Positions 61,614-64,000 of a stretch of DNA of 64,000 nucleotides are shown here, piece after piece. The stretch covers positions 14,818,001 to 14,882,000 of the forward strand of contig OZ241829.1 of assembly GCA_965202585.1 (NCBI GenBank). The letters run 5' to 3'. Under the pieces are notes generated by a model, which saw only the letters and a list, made by a program, of their open reading frames with translations, searched no databases and was not told the origin of the DNA. The stretch is from Thalia democratica. Taxonomy: Eukaryota. Made by a program: the position numbers and the translations under genes. The stretch's first letter is position 1. Every line of letters begins with the position of its first letter.

Positions 61614-64000
61614 TTACCCTGAACAGCTTGTGGCTAGATAAAACGAACCTAACAGAGATAACGATACTTCATTCCTAGTAGGAGATAGGAGAATAGTACT
61701 GGGACATTGATGCCACGGAAGATGATGGTAGTTTGGGTCGCTTATTGGATGATTAGTTAACAGTTTTAGCCAAGGGTGAGACCTAAGTTTTGCACTACCG
61801 GTTTATATCATAGCCGCCAAAACCCTAACTGCCAAATGAAGCTGTAGTAGCTTTTACCGTTACAAGATTCCAGGATAGTATGATACGATGCCACACACGT
61901 ATTTTGTGGCTTCGGCTGACATAGCTAAGATAAGGGGATAAGAACTGAGATGGAACTATGGGGAACCCAAACTTAAATCTCTCATTTGGCTAAAACTTTA
62001 AACTAGTCATTTATAACTCTGGTAGTGTAATTGTTTTACTGGGAACAAATTGAATGTGTAGTGAATAAAGGAAATAATACATTTAAAACAAGTGCAAGTA
62101 AACTAAAAGCAGAAATGAGGTCAGCTGTATAATGAAATAGTTTTTCAATAACAAGTCTATTTACTTTAACAAAGACAAAACGATTGTGAATATACTTGCT
62201 CAAGCTAGTTGCAACTTATAATATGGTTGGTGTTGAAACTATTTTCCGCAAATAAAACTCACATATAGTAACTGTTTCATGCACATGCCTCTCAACTAGC
62301 TTGTGCAACTGCAACTAAGGACAAAATACCTAAAGTAATTAAGAATGTCTAATGAGTTGTATTTGTAAATGTAGATGTAATTTTTTTCTAAAATACTTAT
62401 TTGTTGGAACTATAAGACTTTTAATTAAATAAATAAAAGAACATGTTAAAAAACAATGTCAAGTTAGCACAGGGAGAAACTCATAAAAAGGTCAAAAAAG
62501 GCTTCTAGAGAAATGTCTACCCAGCTATCAGTAAACTAAACGGAAAAGAACTTGATAATAAATATATAAAATGATGAGTTCATATTCGCAGTACATTTTC
62601 TTGAGCTACAATTGGCGGACTATATGAATGCTGATACGAGTGTATATTTGTAAAAAACATGAAGTAGTAGAATTACATGTAAAGTATTTAAGATTTTTAA
62701 TTTTTAGAGCTCAACCTGTAACGAAAAAAATTAATAGCAAGATATCTATAGTTTAAGAATTTTATCGGAAAGAAAAAAAAAAGATAGAGTATTCAAATAA
62801 AGCATCTTCATAAAAAACGTTAAAAATTCTTTAAGCTATAATTAAAATGACTTATATGGTTAGGCTCGACTTGCCTACTGACTTATGACAAAGAAAACAT
62901 TACGTTGAAAACCTTCTTTTATCTGCTTTTAATGGAGAAAAGTTCGGGGAAATAAAAAGTATCTGAAGGGGTATAATATTGTTATAAGGATTATTATTGT
63001 AAAACCGGCAATAATATGATTAGGCTCAGTTGTGGTGGACCCTGAAATTTTTCCAAGGAATTGATAAAATAATAGCAATTCAGAAAAGGCAGAAATCCAA
63101 TTAATTGTTCATATAATTAAAGTTAACGAAATCAACTTCGAAAAATTTGTTACCAAAAATATTGGTTTGTAGCTTTCCAACTTTTTGTCTTTAACTTTCG
63201 CTTGAAAACTAAACTTCTAATTTTCTATATATCGTATAAAAATTTAAATTTATAAAATTTAATTTTGTCAGTAAGAGAAGTACGGTTAACAGTCCCCATC
63301 GCTAAATGTAATTTTGTAAGTGTGCTAAGGACGTCATTAAATCCTAAGCAATTGAAAGAAAGATCGAGCGCATCAGAAAAGTTAAAGATGGTACTTCCTG
63401 AGTCTCTAAATAGGAAACAACTACTGGGTGTTGATGCCACGGAAGAGGATTGCAGTTTGGGATATTGAACCACAAAACTTTAATGACAAAATGAATCTGA
63501 AGTTGCTCGTTAACCCCGAAAAGTTTCCTGGAAATTCAGATCCGATGTCACACGCATATTTTGTAACATAAGGTCACATAACCAAGCGAGAAGAGCTGAA
63601 ATGGAGCTTTTCGAAACCAAAGTCTCAAAACCAGCTAAAAGTTTTTGATAACTATGTGCACGTCATAATCAGTTAGAAAAATTTTAAATCAAAAATTAAA
63701 CAAAATCTTACTAAATACGTTTTTTTTTTCATGCTTTACTTGTGTTATTCTACATTTACAGAATGAAAACTCCCATATGACACCAATGTAGATTTGGCAA
63801 TGGAGTTAGTTGAAAAGACTTTTGATTTCGAAACCGTTAGCAGACGTCTATAAGTCAATCATAACACTGTTAAATAAGGGATAGTGAGTTTTTTTTTTCT
63901 TATTTTGAATAGGTGGTACAAAGGAAAGTTAGGGAATGATGAAATTATAACCCATATATGATCTGCACTTATAATAAAAGCTCTGGTGAGTTATGTAAAG
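61614..64000 (+). repeat. Direct segmental repeat, copy 2 (SET-A 61678-62001, hAT mid-fragment, SET-B ~63265-63640); runs off the window end
   Basis: Collinear with 25512-27902, including the same SET fragments and the same internal inverted duplication. Confidence 0.9.

Noticed and set aside
42600-64000. Search for a bunyavirus glycoprotein (M segment) EVE
   Set aside because: No Cys-rich glycoprotein-like frame was recognised by eye; a frameshift-aware search is needed to exclude it.

Overview
AT-rich, intron-containing animal genomic DNA. The gene families (intronless BACK-Kelch, secreted C-type lectin, abundant hAT/MULE/Penelope-type repeats) would fit Hydra or another cnidarian-like invertebrate, but the species cannot be proven from the sequence. 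Host genes are sparse: a BACK-Kelch pseudogene (4.0-5.4 kb, +), an intact orphan 299-aa ORF (12.5-13.4 kb, -), a multi-exon PNT+ETS (ERG/FLI-like) gene with a nonsense codon and a frameshift (19.5-24.5 kb, -) and an intact 3-exon C-type lectin (55.9-58.2 kb, -). Three unusual things stand out. (1) Two endogenous viral elements from a negative-strand, phenuivirus-like bunyavirus: a lightly decayed nucleocapsid gene (31.8-33.2 kb) and a heavily decayed L/RdRp fragment (40.3-42.6 kb). Both lie in the same orientation as most surrounding decayed mobile-element coding fragments, which is suggestive of a piRNA-cluster-like locus. (2) A 328-bp tandem repeat carrying a minimal type I hammerhead ribozyme (retrozyme/Penelope-type; 48.6-50.6 kb). 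It is inserted as one inverted array with a 13-bp TSD, and the inversion point falls at the self-cleavage site. (3) A repeated, decayed composite of SET8-like, OTU-like, PHD-like and hAT-transposase fragments (25.5-36.7 kb, partly repeated at 61.6-64 kb). All protein-family matches come from manual translation and remembered consensus motifs; no database search was run.
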